Source: Desulfosudaceae bacterium
GTDB lineage: Bacteria > Desulfobacterota > Desulfobacteria > Desulfobacterales > Desulfosudaceae
Length of the DNA: 64,000 bases
Direction: 5' to 3'
NCBI GenBank assembly: GCA_963674745.2
Contig: CAXXDV010000001.1
Span: 512,001 to 576,000, forward strand
Shown: positions 21,522-31,614 of the stretch, in pieces
Layout of the letters: each line of letters begins with the position of its first letter
Position numbering within the stretch: position 1 is the stretch's first letter
The notes under the pieces: model-generated
Database searches by the model: none
What the model saw: the letters and a program-made list of their open reading frames with translations, nothing else
What the model was told of the DNA's origin: nothing
Position numbers and translations under genes: made by a program

Positions 21522-22340
21522 TCAGGTCGTTTTTGTCACAACCCACTTGTGTATTTCATTCGCCGTCTGCCGCCACCCTGTTTCCAGCATAACATTATGG
21601 GCCTGGCCCGGAAGGACCATGAAATCCGCCCCAAGCGCTTGGGCAAGTACCTGCTGTTCGTCCACGGAATAGGTAAAATCCCGGTCGCCGATCATCACCA
21701 GGCACGGCGTTGTAACCTTTTCGGGATACAGGCGTACCCGGAAAAGCATGTCCATTCCCATTTTTTTAGAATCGGGTACGCACTGTTCCCGGTAATACCC
21801 GTCAAGATCAACCGGTGGCGGATCGCTGAAAAACAGCTCTCCGGCAGTTTCCGCGTCGGGTATTTGAAGATTACGAGAAATCATCGTTCGTAAAAATTTC
21901 AAAGGATGGCGGCGGAACATCCGGAATATCAATCGGGCAGCGCCGGTATGCGGGTAACTGGCGATCAGAACAGCACCCGGGAGTTCGTTAGACTCAACGT
22001 ACTTAAGCGTCAGGTAACCACCCAGGCTGTGGGCAATAATGACCGGCCGGGGTAAAATATTTTCAACCGCCTGTTTAAAACAAAGACAGTAGTCCGCAGC
22101 GCCGTATCTGTTGATGTGGCCTTTATTAAGTGAACTCTCTCCGCGTCCGGGCAGATTAGTGGCGTGTGTTTCGTATCCCAGATCCGCAAAATAGCGCATG
22201 AATTGCTGCCAGTATCCAGCGGTACAATGCATGCCATGCTGAAAAAAAAGCGGGGTCTCATACTTTTGCCGGGAAGGTTTTAATATAATATGCTCCAACG
22301 CCTCGTTCCCGGCAAAAATTATTTCGCTGGTCGTTTTCAC
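21522..22340 (-). CDS. alpha/beta hydrolase
   Basis: HG oxyanion, AHSLGG nucleophile, GDRD, AH; GTG start inferred. Confidence 0.88.
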   Translation of the reverse strand: MKTTSEIIFAGNEALEHIILKPSRQKYETPLFFQHGMHCTAGYWQQFMRYFADLGYETHATNLPGRGESSLNKGHINRYGAADYCLCFKQAVENILPRPVIIAHSLGGYLTLKYVESNELPGAVLIASYPHTGAARLIFRMFRRHPLKFLRTMISRNLQIPDAETAGELFFSDPPPVDLDGYYREQCVPDSKKMGMDMLFRVRLYPEKVTTPCLVMIGDRDFTYSVDEQQVLAQALGADFMVLPGQAHNVMLETGWRQTANEIHKWVVTKTT

Positions 22341-22366
22341 GTCATACCTGTCCTTAATTAAACTTT

Positions 22367-22798
22367 TTATAACTCCGCCTGATTTTTCAAGGCCTGGTTC
22401 ATCTTTTCGAACCCCTTGCGGGTAACCGCTTCCAGTTTGGCCCACACAACCGGTACCAGCAGACCGGTAAATTCGTCATCATGGATGTAACGGGTCCTGT
22501 TTTCATCCAGGGGTTCGAGAACATGGATATGCTCTCCATTCACCAGTCCCGGCACGAGAAAATACCCCAGCCAGCGCAGTTCCTTTTCAGGAATCATCTT
22601 TGTGATAACCGGGTGGAAAGTTTTACCGGTCGTACTGGTCGGCTGCGCCCGCACGGTAATTTTTTCACCCTGCCGGATCGGTCCTTTTCCCATAACCACA
22701 AACGGGTTCCATTCGGCATAACGTTCCAGGTCCGTGATCAGTTCCCAGACTTTCTTTACAGGTGCTTCGATGTCGATCTGCGTATGAACTTTTCTCAT
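22367..22798 (-). CDS. SRPBCC domain protein
   Basis: IDIEAPVKKVW..ITD...Y.EWNP; MNQALK. Confidence 0.88.
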   Translation of the reverse strand: MRKVHTQIDIEAPVKKVWELITDLERYAEWNPFVVMGKGPIRQGEKITVRAQPTSTTGKTFHPVITKMIPEKELRWLGYFLVPGLVNGEHIHVLEPLDENRTRYIHDDEFTGLLVPVVWAKLEAVTRKGFEKMNQALKNQAEL

Positions 22799-24081
22799 GG
22801 TGTCTCAGGCTCCTGCTCCTTGCCGATAACCGTACTGATTATGGTCACCAGCTTTTCCTCATCAAGTGCTTCAATCTGCTTTATGGCGTTTTCAACTCCG
22901 ATCATCCTGATATTGTCTTTTTCCGCCCAGGTTTTCGTGACCGTCAGGTCCTTGATACCGGTGATAAAAAGCGCGCCTTTTGAGTTGTAGGTGGTGTCCC
23001 TGAGCATCTCATCAAAAGCCATTTTGGCCAGGGGCCAGTTTTCGGTGATAAAATTCTTTCCGGAACCGGCATTGATGGCCCTGGCCATAAGGTCCGGGTC
23101 AAGGCCTTTTTTCTTTCCCAGGTACATGGCTTCATTCACATTCATGCCCACGATGATGCCGACTATGTTGTTGACCAGTTTCATGGAGGCGCCCATGCCC
23201 AGTTCTCCCATGTAAAACATTTTATCCTTATCCCCCATGGCGTCAAGAACAGGCCGTGCTTTTTCAAAAACACTTTTTTCACCGCCAGCGTAAATGGCCA
23301 GCCCGCCGGTCTCGGCCAGTACCGGCGAACCGCTGACAGGCGCGTCAAGAAGTCCGATTTTATCCCGGCCCATCTCATCCAGTCTGGCTCGCAGCGCCCT
23401 GACCTCATCAGGGGAAACCGTGCTCATAACGATCAGGGTCGCCCGGCTTTCCGGCGGCAGGACTTCCATGAGCTGAAAAGCGACATCTTCCACCTGGGCC
23501 ATGTTGTTGACCATGATGACGATGGTCTGGACATCGGCCATGTCGGCCAGGGATCTGCATTTGATGGCGCCTGCAGCGATGACCTTTTCAAGTGCTTTTT
23601 CATTCAGGTCATAGGCCTTGACGCCGAATCCCTTTTTTAAAAGCGTACGCGCCATGGGACCGCCGATCATCCCGAGACCTGCAAAGCCGACTGTTTCCAG
23701 TTGTCCCGGGCTTTTTTCCCCCTTGGATTTGAGGGCATCGGCCAGGGCCTTGAACCATAGCAGCAAAGCCAGTTCCCCCTGGATGTCGATCTTTCCGTTT
23801 GTTATGCCGTTTAAAAAAGCATTCTTGTCTTTGGAAATAAGAATGGAAAACCCCTCATCGGCGTTCGTAAAGCAGATGGTCAGGTCCGACTGACCCTGCT
23901 TGTTCCTGTATGTGGTCAAGCGGCCGCCGGCAAAGACAAACTGTTTGACAACTTTCCGGTCGGTGGTTTTGAAACATATAGACGCCTGGTGTCTCCTGGC
24001 AAGCTTTATGAATTCGGGGTTTGTTCTTAACGCGCGTTTCATCAGTTTTTCAAGCAGCCATAAGACGATTTTGAGTTTCAT
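22795..24081 (-). CDS. SCP2-like domain fused to beta-hydroxyacid dehydrogenase
   Basis: GLGMIGGPMA, DAPVSG, KLVNN; N-terminal ~115 aa ending IDIQGE. Confidence 0.82.
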   Translation of the reverse strand: MKLKIVLWLLEKLMKRALRTNPEFIKLARRHQASICFKTTDRKVVKQFVFAGGRLTTYRNKQGQSDLTICFTNADEGFSILISKDKNAFLNGITNGKIDIQGELALLLWFKALADALKSKGEKSPGQLETVGFAGLGMIGGPMARTLLKKGFGVKAYDLNEKALEKVIAAGAIKCRSLADMADVQTIVIMVNNMAQVEDVAFQLMEVLPPESRATLIVMSTVSPDEVRALRARLDEMGRDKIGLLDAPVSGSPVLAETGGLAIYAGGEKSVFEKARPVLDAMGDKDKMFYMGELGMGASMKLVNNIVGIIVGMNVNEAMYLGKKKGLDPDLMARAINAGSGKNFITENWPLAKMAFDEMLRDTTYNSKGALFITGIKDLTVTKTWAEKDNIRMIGVENAIKQIEALDEEKLVTIISTVIGKEQEPETP

Positions 24082-24151
24082 GATGTTGCTCCGTATCAAA
24101 TGATTTTAGTTTTTATCCGCTATCAGGTGCGATTCGCTTTATACAAGACCG

Positions 24152-24763
24152 CTATTTGTCTTTGTTTATGATTACTCTTCTAAATTGGTCCATAGATCTG
24201 GAAAATTGATCGATCTGTTTTTCCGGAATCTCATCGGGCCGGCCAAGATGGTTAAGCAGAAAGAGATTGTTGACCCAGCCGGTCATCAGCCAGGCCACAA
24301 TTTCCACATCGATATCACTGCCGAAAATTTCCCGGTCGAAAACCTTGGAAATGATCTGCACCCAGGCCGTATGAAGGGATTTCAGCAGTTCCCATACTCT
24401 TTCCTTTATGTCAGGATCTTCTACGCATTGGGCCTTGAGCATGACGGTCATCCGGTCCGGGTTGGTCCTTACTTCATGCTGGAAGCGCTTTCCATAATCG
24501 CGGATCTGACGGAAACTGATGGATGGAATACCGTCTATAAGCCGGACCCGGCCGAGGAGGGATTCGTAAATACTGTCCAGCACGGCCAGCTGGAGCCCTT
24601 TTTTATTCGTAAAATGCTTGTATATAACCGGTTCGGTAACCCCGACCTCCCTGGCAATAACGGCAATCGTGCACCGTTCGAAGCTGGTGCGCGCAATGAC
24701 GGCAATGGTCGCTTCAATTATGGATTGTCGTCTTTGCTCTCCTGTCATGCGTTTCCGGGTCAA
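24152..24763 (-). CDS. TetR-family regulator
   Basis: IAREVGVTEPVIYKHFTNK HTH. Confidence 0.9.
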   Translation of the reverse strand: MTRKRMTGEQRRQSIIEATIAVIARTSFERCTIAVIAREVGVTEPVIYKHFTNKKGLQLAVLDSIYESLLGRVRLIDGIPSISFRQIRDYGKRFQHEVRTNPDRMTVMLKAQCVEDPDIKERVWELLKSLHTAWVQIISKVFDREIFGSDIDVEIVAWLMTGWVNNLFLLNHLGRPDEIPEKQIDQFSRSMDQFRRVIINKDK

Positions 24764-24787
24764 ATCGGCACCAATAAAGATGTTATA

Positions 24788-24813
24788 TAAGTTAGTTAAT
24801 AATAACTAACTTA
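24788..24813. promoter_or_regulatory. TetR operator overlapping sigma70 promoter
   Basis: perfect IR taagttagtta-ataa-taactaactta; minus-strand TTGACT-17-TATTAT. Confidence 0.7.
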
Positions 24814-24956
24814 ATGGTTCGAGTCAAGCCCTTTTTTTAATCTCCGGTTCGGGCTGGCCAACAGATTTCAAAGTTTACTTGAACGGCTGGCCCGACCTGC
24901 ATCTGCAAGGTACAGGACGTGTACCAATGAGGACTGCGATAATCTTGAACCTGGCT

Positions 24957-26300
24957 TTATTCGTTCCACCATGACGGCTCGTAAACTTCAGTAGTAACAG
25001 GAATCGTCCACCTGGAAAAGAATTCCCAGATCCTTCGGGCGTAATCAGACTGGCTGGCAACGCCGTCTTTGCCACCCATCAGCGGACCCTCGAAACCATG
25101 GCCCTGCGAGTTGAGTATCTGGCGGACTTCCACACCGCCGGCACAATCCTGGTAGGCGCGTATCCATTTATAGTCCAGATGATCCTGCGACCGAGTCGAG
25201 TCGCTGTTATCGGCGAGTACGGTGTATTCACCCGTGCATTCATTCACTTCGGCCCAGCGGTGCCATCCCCTGTAGCCCCCATTGGACTGAGACCCAATAA
25301 TCGTGGTAGCGCACACATCATTCCAGCAATTCACCTGGTCATTGTATCCATGAATGCCCAGAAAAGGCACAGGGTGGTAACCGCTGTCGCCTTTGTGGTT
25401 CAGTGCATTATTTTTCAGCCATTGGTCAAAGGCAAAGGAATTGGCCGAGATCGCCGCGATGTGAGCGGGTGCCCGGTAGCCCAGGTAGTGGCTCATGGCG
25501 CCGCCGTTGGAAAACCCCATGGCATAGATCTTTCTGGCATCAATCCGGACGTTGTCCTTGATGTAGTCTATCATTTCCGTAATAAAGGCGACATCGTTTA
25601 TGCCATTGTCTTTAGCGTACCCACAACAGGTCCCGCCATTGAACGAGTCATTGAAACCCTGGGGCCAGGCAACAATGAAGCCCTTCGTCGCTTGCGCCAG
25701 GGCCCGCATCCCCGAAGACCCTTTCTGGGTTTCTTTGTTCGCATACAAAGAATGGATGTCGACTATCAGAGCAGGCCTTTCAACGATCTCCGGGGGGATA
25801 TAGACATCAAATATCCTTTTGCCTTCAGGTCTCTGGATGGAACAGCCGGCGTTCATCCCCTCATACAGGTTGCCGTCAGGAGCGAATACAGGAGCGCCCG
25901 TAGCCATGGGCTCCACTGTAAAAGCCGCTTTCTGCTCGAGGCTGTAACTGTCATTATAAAAAAGCCGCGCCTCGTAGCTGCCGACGTCCAGGCCCTGGAA
26001 GTACATGATTCCGTTGGACTCACCGTCCGTATAAAACCATTCCCCGTAGTCGTGGTTGTCGGCTCCCGCCGGGTAAATCGATATCCAGTTTTTTTGCCCC
26101 CCCGGAAGATTGGCGAAGTAGACAACGATCCTTTCACCCTCTAAATAGACGTTCCTGCCCGTTTCCAGGCGTGGTGATCCGGAGGGCGGTGGCGGCGGCG
26201 GTTCAGGCCCTAATGCAAGCACAGCCGCTGAAGGCAGGAGCAGGAACAGGGTGATCGTTGACAGGATAAACGATTTTTTTAACAAGCTTTTTTTCTTCAT
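24957..26300 (-). CDS. secreted LpqC/PHB-depolymerase-family esterase with N-terminal beta-rich module
   Basis: NGGTCC, DVAFI, GFSNGG, IHGYND; signal peptide then PEPPPPPPS. Confidence 0.87.
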   Translation of the reverse strand: MKKKSLLKKSFILSTITLFLLLPSAAVLALGPEPPPPPPSGSPRLETGRNVYLEGERIVVYFANLPGGQKNWISIYPAGADNHDYGEWFYTDGESNGIMYFQGLDVGSYEARLFYNDSYSLEQKAAFTVEPMATGAPVFAPDGNLYEGMNAGCSIQRPEGKRIFDVYIPPEIVERPALIVDIHSLYANKETQKGSSGMRALAQATKGFIVAWPQGFNDSFNGGTCCGYAKDNGINDVAFITEMIDYIKDNVRIDARKIYAMGFSNGGAMSHYLGYRAPAHIAAISANSFAFDQWLKNNALNHKGDSGYHPVPFLGIHGYNDQVNCWNDVCATTIIGSQSNGGYRGWHRWAEVNECTGEYTVLADNSDSTRSQDHLDYKWIRAYQDCAGGVEVRQILNSQGHGFEGPLMGGKDGVASQSDYARRIWEFFSRWTIPVTTEVYEPSWWNE

Positions 26301-26375
26301 GATTGTTTTCTCCCTGTATAAAATCATTTCCATTGATGGAACCATGGAGATGGTTTTATGCGGCTAAAGATTGCG

Positions 26376-27692
26376 TTAATTGAAATTAGTCACAAACCCG
26401 AACGGCTGGGTGTAGGAATCGCCCTTTTTGCCGTCCAGTACGGCGCGGACGAACGGTTGATGGGTGTAATCTTCATAATCGAAGGTCGTTCCGGTTCCGA
26501 CGGTTGTCGTGCCGGGGCCGACCCAGTAAATCTGCTGATACCCCGTGGCGGATATCGTGATCGTCTTGGCGGCCTCGTCCACGATGATGCTGTTGATGCG
26601 CGGCACTTTCGCCTCGCCTGACCCGCCTGGTTCCATACAGAAATAAAACGCACCGTCCTGCATGCATTGCCTGAGTTCGGTCTCGGTGAGCGCCGGCATC
26701 AGCATAAACTGGAAGGCATGGTAAAGGTCATCTGAAGTGTGTTTATCATCGTTTGCAAAGCCCCAGACCATTTTGTCTTCGTATGGAAATATGTACTCGT
26801 TGATGTTGTCCCATAAATAACGGTCATCCTGGTAATAATCATCCCGGTTGATCACTTCCAGGCCGATGCAGGTGTCGTAATCGCTGTACCAGTGGATGTA
26901 CCACTCCCATTCCGACGGCACATGGTATCTTCCCGGATGGGCGATAAAGGACAGGCCGCCGCTTGACTGGACGTGGGGGATGCCGTTTTGGAGATTACTG
27001 CTGGAAGTTGAAAAGTTGAACAAAGCATTCATGTGGTGTGAGTTCGAATATTCATCGCCTTTCACTGCCAGCATATTCAAAGAAGACGGATTTCTGCCAT
27101 AGTCCGTCCAGGGCCAGGTGATCGCGTTGTGATCCGTCAGGGCAAGGATTTTGTACCCGGCCGAGTGATATTGATCGATGGTTTGGGCCGGACTGTGATC
27201 ACCGTCGCTCTCGGTGGTATGGGTGTGAAAGTTGGCCTTGTACTGATTGTAAGTCGACCAGTTTACCCCGTCATAGGGATTCAGGGTGCAGTCCACCTCC
27301 GGATCACCTCCGGCAACGACCGTAAACGACACCTCTGTCTCAAGGTTGTAACTGTCGTCATAGAAAAGCCTGGCCTCGTAACTGCCGGGGGGGTGGAAAT
27401 TGAAGTACATCGTACCGCTCGTCGCACCGAGCGTATAATACCACTCCCCGTAGTCAGTGTTATCGGCTCCGGCTTCGTAAATACCGATCCAGTTTCTGTC
27501 GCCACTTGAAACATTGCTGTAGTTGACAACGATTGTCTCGTATTCCGCATAGACCGACTGGCTCATTTCCAGTTGTGGTTCCGGAGGTGGCGGCGGGGGC
27601 GGGAGAGCGAATACAGCGGCTGATTGTAAAACGAGAAAAAGGGTAAGCAACGACAAAACAAACGATTTTGTCAGCAGTCTTTTTTTCTTCAT
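26376..27692 (-). CDS. secreted PHP-family phosphoesterase with N-terminal beta-rich module
   Basis: HTHTTESDG, LTDHN, AHP, NDDKH; signal peptide then LPPPPPPPEP. Confidence 0.85.
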   Translation of the reverse strand: MKKKRLLTKSFVLSLLTLFLVLQSAAVFALPPPPPPPEPQLEMSQSVYAEYETIVVNYSNVSSGDRNWIGIYEAGADNTDYGEWYYTLGATSGTMYFNFHPPGSYEARLFYDDSYNLETEVSFTVVAGGDPEVDCTLNPYDGVNWSTYNQYKANFHTHTTESDGDHSPAQTIDQYHSAGYKILALTDHNAITWPWTDYGRNPSSLNMLAVKGDEYSNSHHMNALFNFSTSSSNLQNGIPHVQSSGGLSFIAHPGRYHVPSEWEWYIHWYSDYDTCIGLEVINRDDYYQDDRYLWDNINEYIFPYEDKMVWGFANDDKHTSDDLYHAFQFMLMPALTETELRQCMQDGAFYFCMEPGGSGEAKVPRINSIIVDEAAKTITISATGYQQIYWVGPGTTTVGTGTTFDYEDYTHQPFVRAVLDGKKGDSYTQPFGFVTNFN

Positions 27693-27759
27693 TATATTCA
27701 CCTTTGCTGAATTGTGGAATTGGTTTTGGTCGATACAGATTTCCTCTAATCTTTAATAA

Positions 27760-27876
27760 GCATTATTTGTGCCAAAAAATTAATATACACTTTTCAGTTG
27801 GTTACAATTTTGCCAGGAAAATAATTATTAAATAGGGAAATAATTATTACGAAATAGAGAAATGCGTCTCTATTTC
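27760..27876 (-). promoter_or_regulatory. sigma54 promoter + IHF-like site + UAS
   Basis: TGGCACAAATAATGC (27760-27774); tttcagttggtta; aaatagggaaa half-site then palindrome gaaatagaga-N6-tctctatttc. Confidence 0.78.
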
Positions 27877-27956
27877 ACAACTAAGAAAGGGAGCAATGAA
27901 GAGCGGGAATATATGATTACAATTGAATTTTCCAGCCAGCGCAGAAATCATGAAAC

Positions 27957-27992
27957 AAAACGGCCGCGGGGCATAAACCTCGCGGCCGTTTT
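27957..27992. terminator. intrinsic terminator
   Basis: aaaacggccgcg...cgcggccgtttt. Confidence 0.75.
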
Positions 27993-28061
27993 CAGTTGAT
28001 TTGCCGGATACGGCATTTATATTTTACCGGATCTTTGCGCCGCAAATGCCGGCAAGCGGTT

Positions 28062-29561
28062 TCAGGGCATCAGGTATGTTGTTGCCCCCAGTCCAAATGT
28101 CGGCCCGGCCAGGGTCGTCATTTTCAGGTTGGTCAGGTCAAACAGCGTGGTGCTTTGCTCGACACCGTCGGCGGGGCCCTGGTTGTTGGCTTCATACATC
28201 CAGTTGATGAAGTCAAAAGCCTTGTTGTAGTCATACGTTCCGTAATCCTGCCTGAGCAGGTCGATCATGCCGTTATAGCGAACATCCGAATCGCCATCGA
28301 CATAGGTGCCGGTAAGCGAATTCATATCAAAGGTGAGAAAATGATTGGTCTGTATCAGGGCGTCGCTGTAATTTTCCTGCTGGTCAATACCAAATAAAAT
28401 GGGCACGAGAACATTCTGCTGATGGTTCAAGTACCTGCAGGCGTAATTGTGCGCCGACACCTCCATGGACACGCCCCCCCGGTTCGCCCCTTTGCCGTCG
28501 GCAATGGCGTACATCCAGGAAGCCCCCCGCTTGGAATTTTTGATCATCGAAACCGCCTCGGGCAGTTCATCAGCCTTTTCCAGGACCCGGCGGGCGGTCA
28601 GCAGGCAGCCCATACCGACATCACCGGGCGTGCAATCAAAGGTCGGCACCATGTCCATGCCGATGCCGAGGCCTTTTTCATTCATTCCGGCGAAGGACCC
28701 TACCAATCCGGCCACAGCGACACTGACCATCCGGTTTCTGTTCTTGCCGAAGGTCTCAATAATAACCGGATGGTCGGAAAAACCGGCCCCGCCGAACATG
28801 AAATCCCGGCCAAAATAGAGATTGTCCGTAATGGTGGCGTTACCATCCAGGATATGCGCGTTGCAGGACAGGTTAAGGGTATCAACCAGTTCCCCGGTCT
28901 TGACCAGAGTGACCATAATCGGATAACCGGCGCTTAAAAAGGCGTCAAAACCCACATTGAGAAGCAGGACATCTTCGTAAGGAAGATCTACCCCTCGTGC
29001 CCGGGCGCCGTCGGAAATGCCGCGCATTTCGTCTCTATATTCCTGTGGAATATACTTTTCATTGTACAACGAAATTTGCTTGAAAGTGAAAAGCAGTATG
29101 TCCGCGATAGACGTATCGGGATAATCCGAGATTTCCAGGCCCAGAAATTCCAGGAGCACTGCCGCTATCGGCTCCAATAATATGTCCGTCGGAATGCCTC
29201 CATGCCCGCCTATCATGCTTTCGCCGATACTGATATAAAAATCCTCACAGGCAACTGCCTTGCATTTTTCCGGAATCAGGTATCCCTGCTGGAAGCCCAT
29301 TTCATATCCGCTGCCTTCCAGGTGAAGAAAGGGCTGCTTATGCCCCGCATCCGTGACAATATATTCCAGGTATCCTTTCCCGCCGGGCGCGTATGTACGA
29401 TCGACCCGGAGGCCGGGTTGGGGTTCAGGCGTGGCCTGGGGTGGCGGTGGCGGTGGCGGTGGCTTGGGTGCAAACGCAAAAGCAGTGATTGTCTGAAAAA
29501 ACAGAAACAGGATTAGCATTGATAGAACCATCGCTTTTGTAAACAGGCTTTTCTTACTCAT
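28062..29561 (-). CDS. secreted C45-family Ntn-hydrolase (close paralog of 6396-7895)
   Basis: same motifs including SCNAH; PKPPPPPPPPQ after signal peptide. Confidence 0.85.
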   Translation of the reverse strand: MSKKSLFTKAMVLSMLILFLFFQTITAFAFAPKPPPPPPPPQATPEPQPGLRVDRTYAPGGKGYLEYIVTDAGHKQPFLHLEGSGYEMGFQQGYLIPEKCKAVACEDFYISIGESMIGGHGGIPTDILLEPIAAVLLEFLGLEISDYPDTSIADILLFTFKQISLYNEKYIPQEYRDEMRGISDGARARGVDLPYEDVLLLNVGFDAFLSAGYPIMVTLVKTGELVDTLNLSCNAHILDGNATITDNLYFGRDFMFGGAGFSDHPVIIETFGKNRNRMVSVAVAGLVGSFAGMNEKGLGIGMDMVPTFDCTPGDVGMGCLLTARRVLEKADELPEAVSMIKNSKRGASWMYAIADGKGANRGGVSMEVSAHNYACRYLNHQQNVLVPILFGIDQQENYSDALIQTNHFLTFDMNSLTGTYVDGDSDVRYNGMIDLLRQDYGTYDYNKAFDFINWMYEANNQGPADGVEQSTTLFDLTNLKMTTLAGPTFGLGATTYLMP

Positions 29562-29613
29562 TCTTTTCTCCTTCGGTCTATTGGTTGTTTGGATGTTGAA
29601 CACTCAAGGGATG

Positions 29614-31245
29614 TCACGGCAAAGACCACTGGGAAAGAAAATCCCATATTGTCCGGGTGACATCGATTCCCTGGTCATTTTGACCGTAAGTTGCATGGTT
29701 GATGCCGATCTTCAGCATTTCTGTCGTAACGCCGCCGTCACAGTTACAATAGGTTTTACGCCATGAAGGCAATAAGATCGGATTGGGTGAAAAATAATAC
29801 TCGGTCTCATAGCCGCCCTGGCACCCGTTGATTTCCGCCCACCTGTGGAAACCGGGTTCAATCGTGCCGGTAATGGGCATGAATATCGGCAGCACTTCAT
29901 CACGATTGCCGAGAACCATCATTATCGGTACCGGACGGGCCGGGGTGTCCCAGATGACCCAGCGGGAAAACGAGTGGGCCGTAGGAACGAGCGCGGCAAA
30001 GACGTCGGCCTGCTTCAGGCCGAGCTGATGAACCATGCCGCCGCCGTTGGAATGGCCCTGGGCATAGATGCGGTCGGTATCCACGTCCGCCCTTGCCGCG
30101 ACCCAAAGCACCAGGCTCCGCAAAAACCCGGAATCATCCAGGCCCACACCCAGAACATCTGATGCGGGCGGGCAGCAGATAACGCCATTCCAGGCGTTAG
30201 ACCATCCCTGCGGCGCGACCCAGACAAACCCTTTTTCTTCTGCCAGCGCCTTGAAACCGTGCCACTGCGTGCCTTCTTTCGTCCCGCCCATGCCATGCAG
30301 ATCCAGCAGCAGCGGGGCCGGACCGGTCAGGTTGTAAGGGACATAAACATCGACATACCTTTCCGTATTCCAGCCGTCTTTATAATGGTAGACGAGATTT
30401 TGATGGAAGCCGGGCTCAAGAGGTTCAGGGCCGGGAAGAATTTCCACCGTGAACATGTCGTTGGGCTGGCTGATGGCGCTGCTGCAGGCGCAGACTTCGT
30501 CGTCGTAGCGGACTTTCACGTTTTTACCATGATAGCCTAAGAGTCCTATGCTGTCGCCGTCCTGCAGGCAACCTCCCGGGTTGCTCAGGTTGATCAGCTT
30601 GAATCTTTCCCATTTCCCGGCCTCGATCCGGTCGGCATCAAGGTCGCCGTCAGGCCGGGCACTGAAATAATGCCTGGCAGTGGTGCGGATATTAACGGTT
30701 GTCCCGTCCCGCAAACCGTCACTGCCGCTGATGATGAACATCTCTTCCACCCAGTCGTCGGCAATGTTTCTGTTGGCTTTAATGTTTTGTCCTCCACTGG
30801 TGGTTTGCACCCCGACATATTTGCCATTGCGTTGAGAAAGAAAAGAAACATACTTTTGGGTAACCGCTTCCGCCGGCTCCAGGGGTTCGACTGTAAAAGC
30901 CACCGTATACTCAAGATTGTAGCTGTCATTATAGAAAAGCCTCGCCTCGTAACTGCCGGCGTCCAAACCCTGGAAGTACATGGTTCCGCTCGAAGCACCA
31001 AATGTATAATACCATTCCCCGTAGTCGTAGTTATCGGCGCCCGCTTCGTAAATCGATATCCAGTTTTTTTCGCCATCCGGAAGATTGCTGTAATTGACAA
31101 CGATCGTTTCGCCCGGCACATAGACCGTATCGCTCATTTCAAGCCGTGGTTCAGGCTCTGCAAATACACCCGCTGACTGGAGAAGCAGAAAAAGGGTAAT
31201 CAATGACATGGTTGCTGTTTTTGTTAACAAGCTTTTTTTCTTCAT
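29614..31245 (-). CDS. secreted LpqC-family esterase with beta-rich module and fascin-like beta-trefoil
   Basis: WNGVICC, GHSNGG; three repeats resembling G.Y....G...A.R.....WE.F. Confidence 0.85.
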   Translation of the reverse strand: MKKKSLLTKTATMSLITLFLLLQSAGVFAEPEPRLEMSDTVYVPGETIVVNYSNLPDGEKNWISIYEAGADNYDYGEWYYTFGASSGTMYFQGLDAGSYEARLFYNDSYNLEYTVAFTVEPLEPAEAVTQKYVSFLSQRNGKYVGVQTTSGGQNIKANRNIADDWVEEMFIISGSDGLRDGTTVNIRTTARHYFSARPDGDLDADRIEAGKWERFKLINLSNPGGCLQDGDSIGLLGYHGKNVKVRYDDEVCACSSAISQPNDMFTVEILPGPEPLEPGFHQNLVYHYKDGWNTERYVDVYVPYNLTGPAPLLLDLHGMGGTKEGTQWHGFKALAEEKGFVWVAPQGWSNAWNGVICCPPASDVLGVGLDDSGFLRSLVLWVAARADVDTDRIYAQGHSNGGGMVHQLGLKQADVFAALVPTAHSFSRWVIWDTPARPVPIMMVLGNRDEVLPIFMPITGTIEPGFHRWAEINGCQGGYETEYYFSPNPILLPSWRKTYCNCDGGVTTEMLKIGINHATYGQNDQGIDVTRTIWDFLSQWSLP

Positions 31246-31338
31246 GCTTCCCCCCTATTTAAGTAATATTTTACGCAGGGTAATTGATTCTGACGAAGTT
31301 CTATAAAAATATGGAGACCGCTTATTCACCATAATAGA

Positions 31339-31458
31339 GCATTAATCGTGCCAAATAAAAAAATATATTAAATTCAATGACTTAAAAGTATTAATGGTAT
31401 TAAGATGTGAGATGGGGAATTTTTTTGCTGTTAAATAGGGAAATCTTCTCTATTTAAC
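31339..31458 (-). promoter_or_regulatory. sigma54 promoter + IHF-like site + UAS
   Basis: TGGCACGATTAATGC (31339-31353); attcaatgactta; gttaaatag-N11-ctatttaac. Confidence 0.8.
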
Positions 31459-31488
31459 AATTAGAAAGGTATTATCGATGATAATGTA

Positions 31489-31520
31489 AAATGCCCTTCT
31501 GGAGACTCAAAAGGGCATTT
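31489..31520. terminator. terminator-like hairpin after PilZ gene
   Basis: aaatgccctt...aagggcattt. Confidence 0.6.
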
Positions 31521-31614
31521 AAGGCTTATTTCTTGACCGTTATTGATCGTATAAGTTTTTAGATCAATATGTTATACATATCTGATCCGGATATTATAAA
31601 TCCGGGGACACGGC

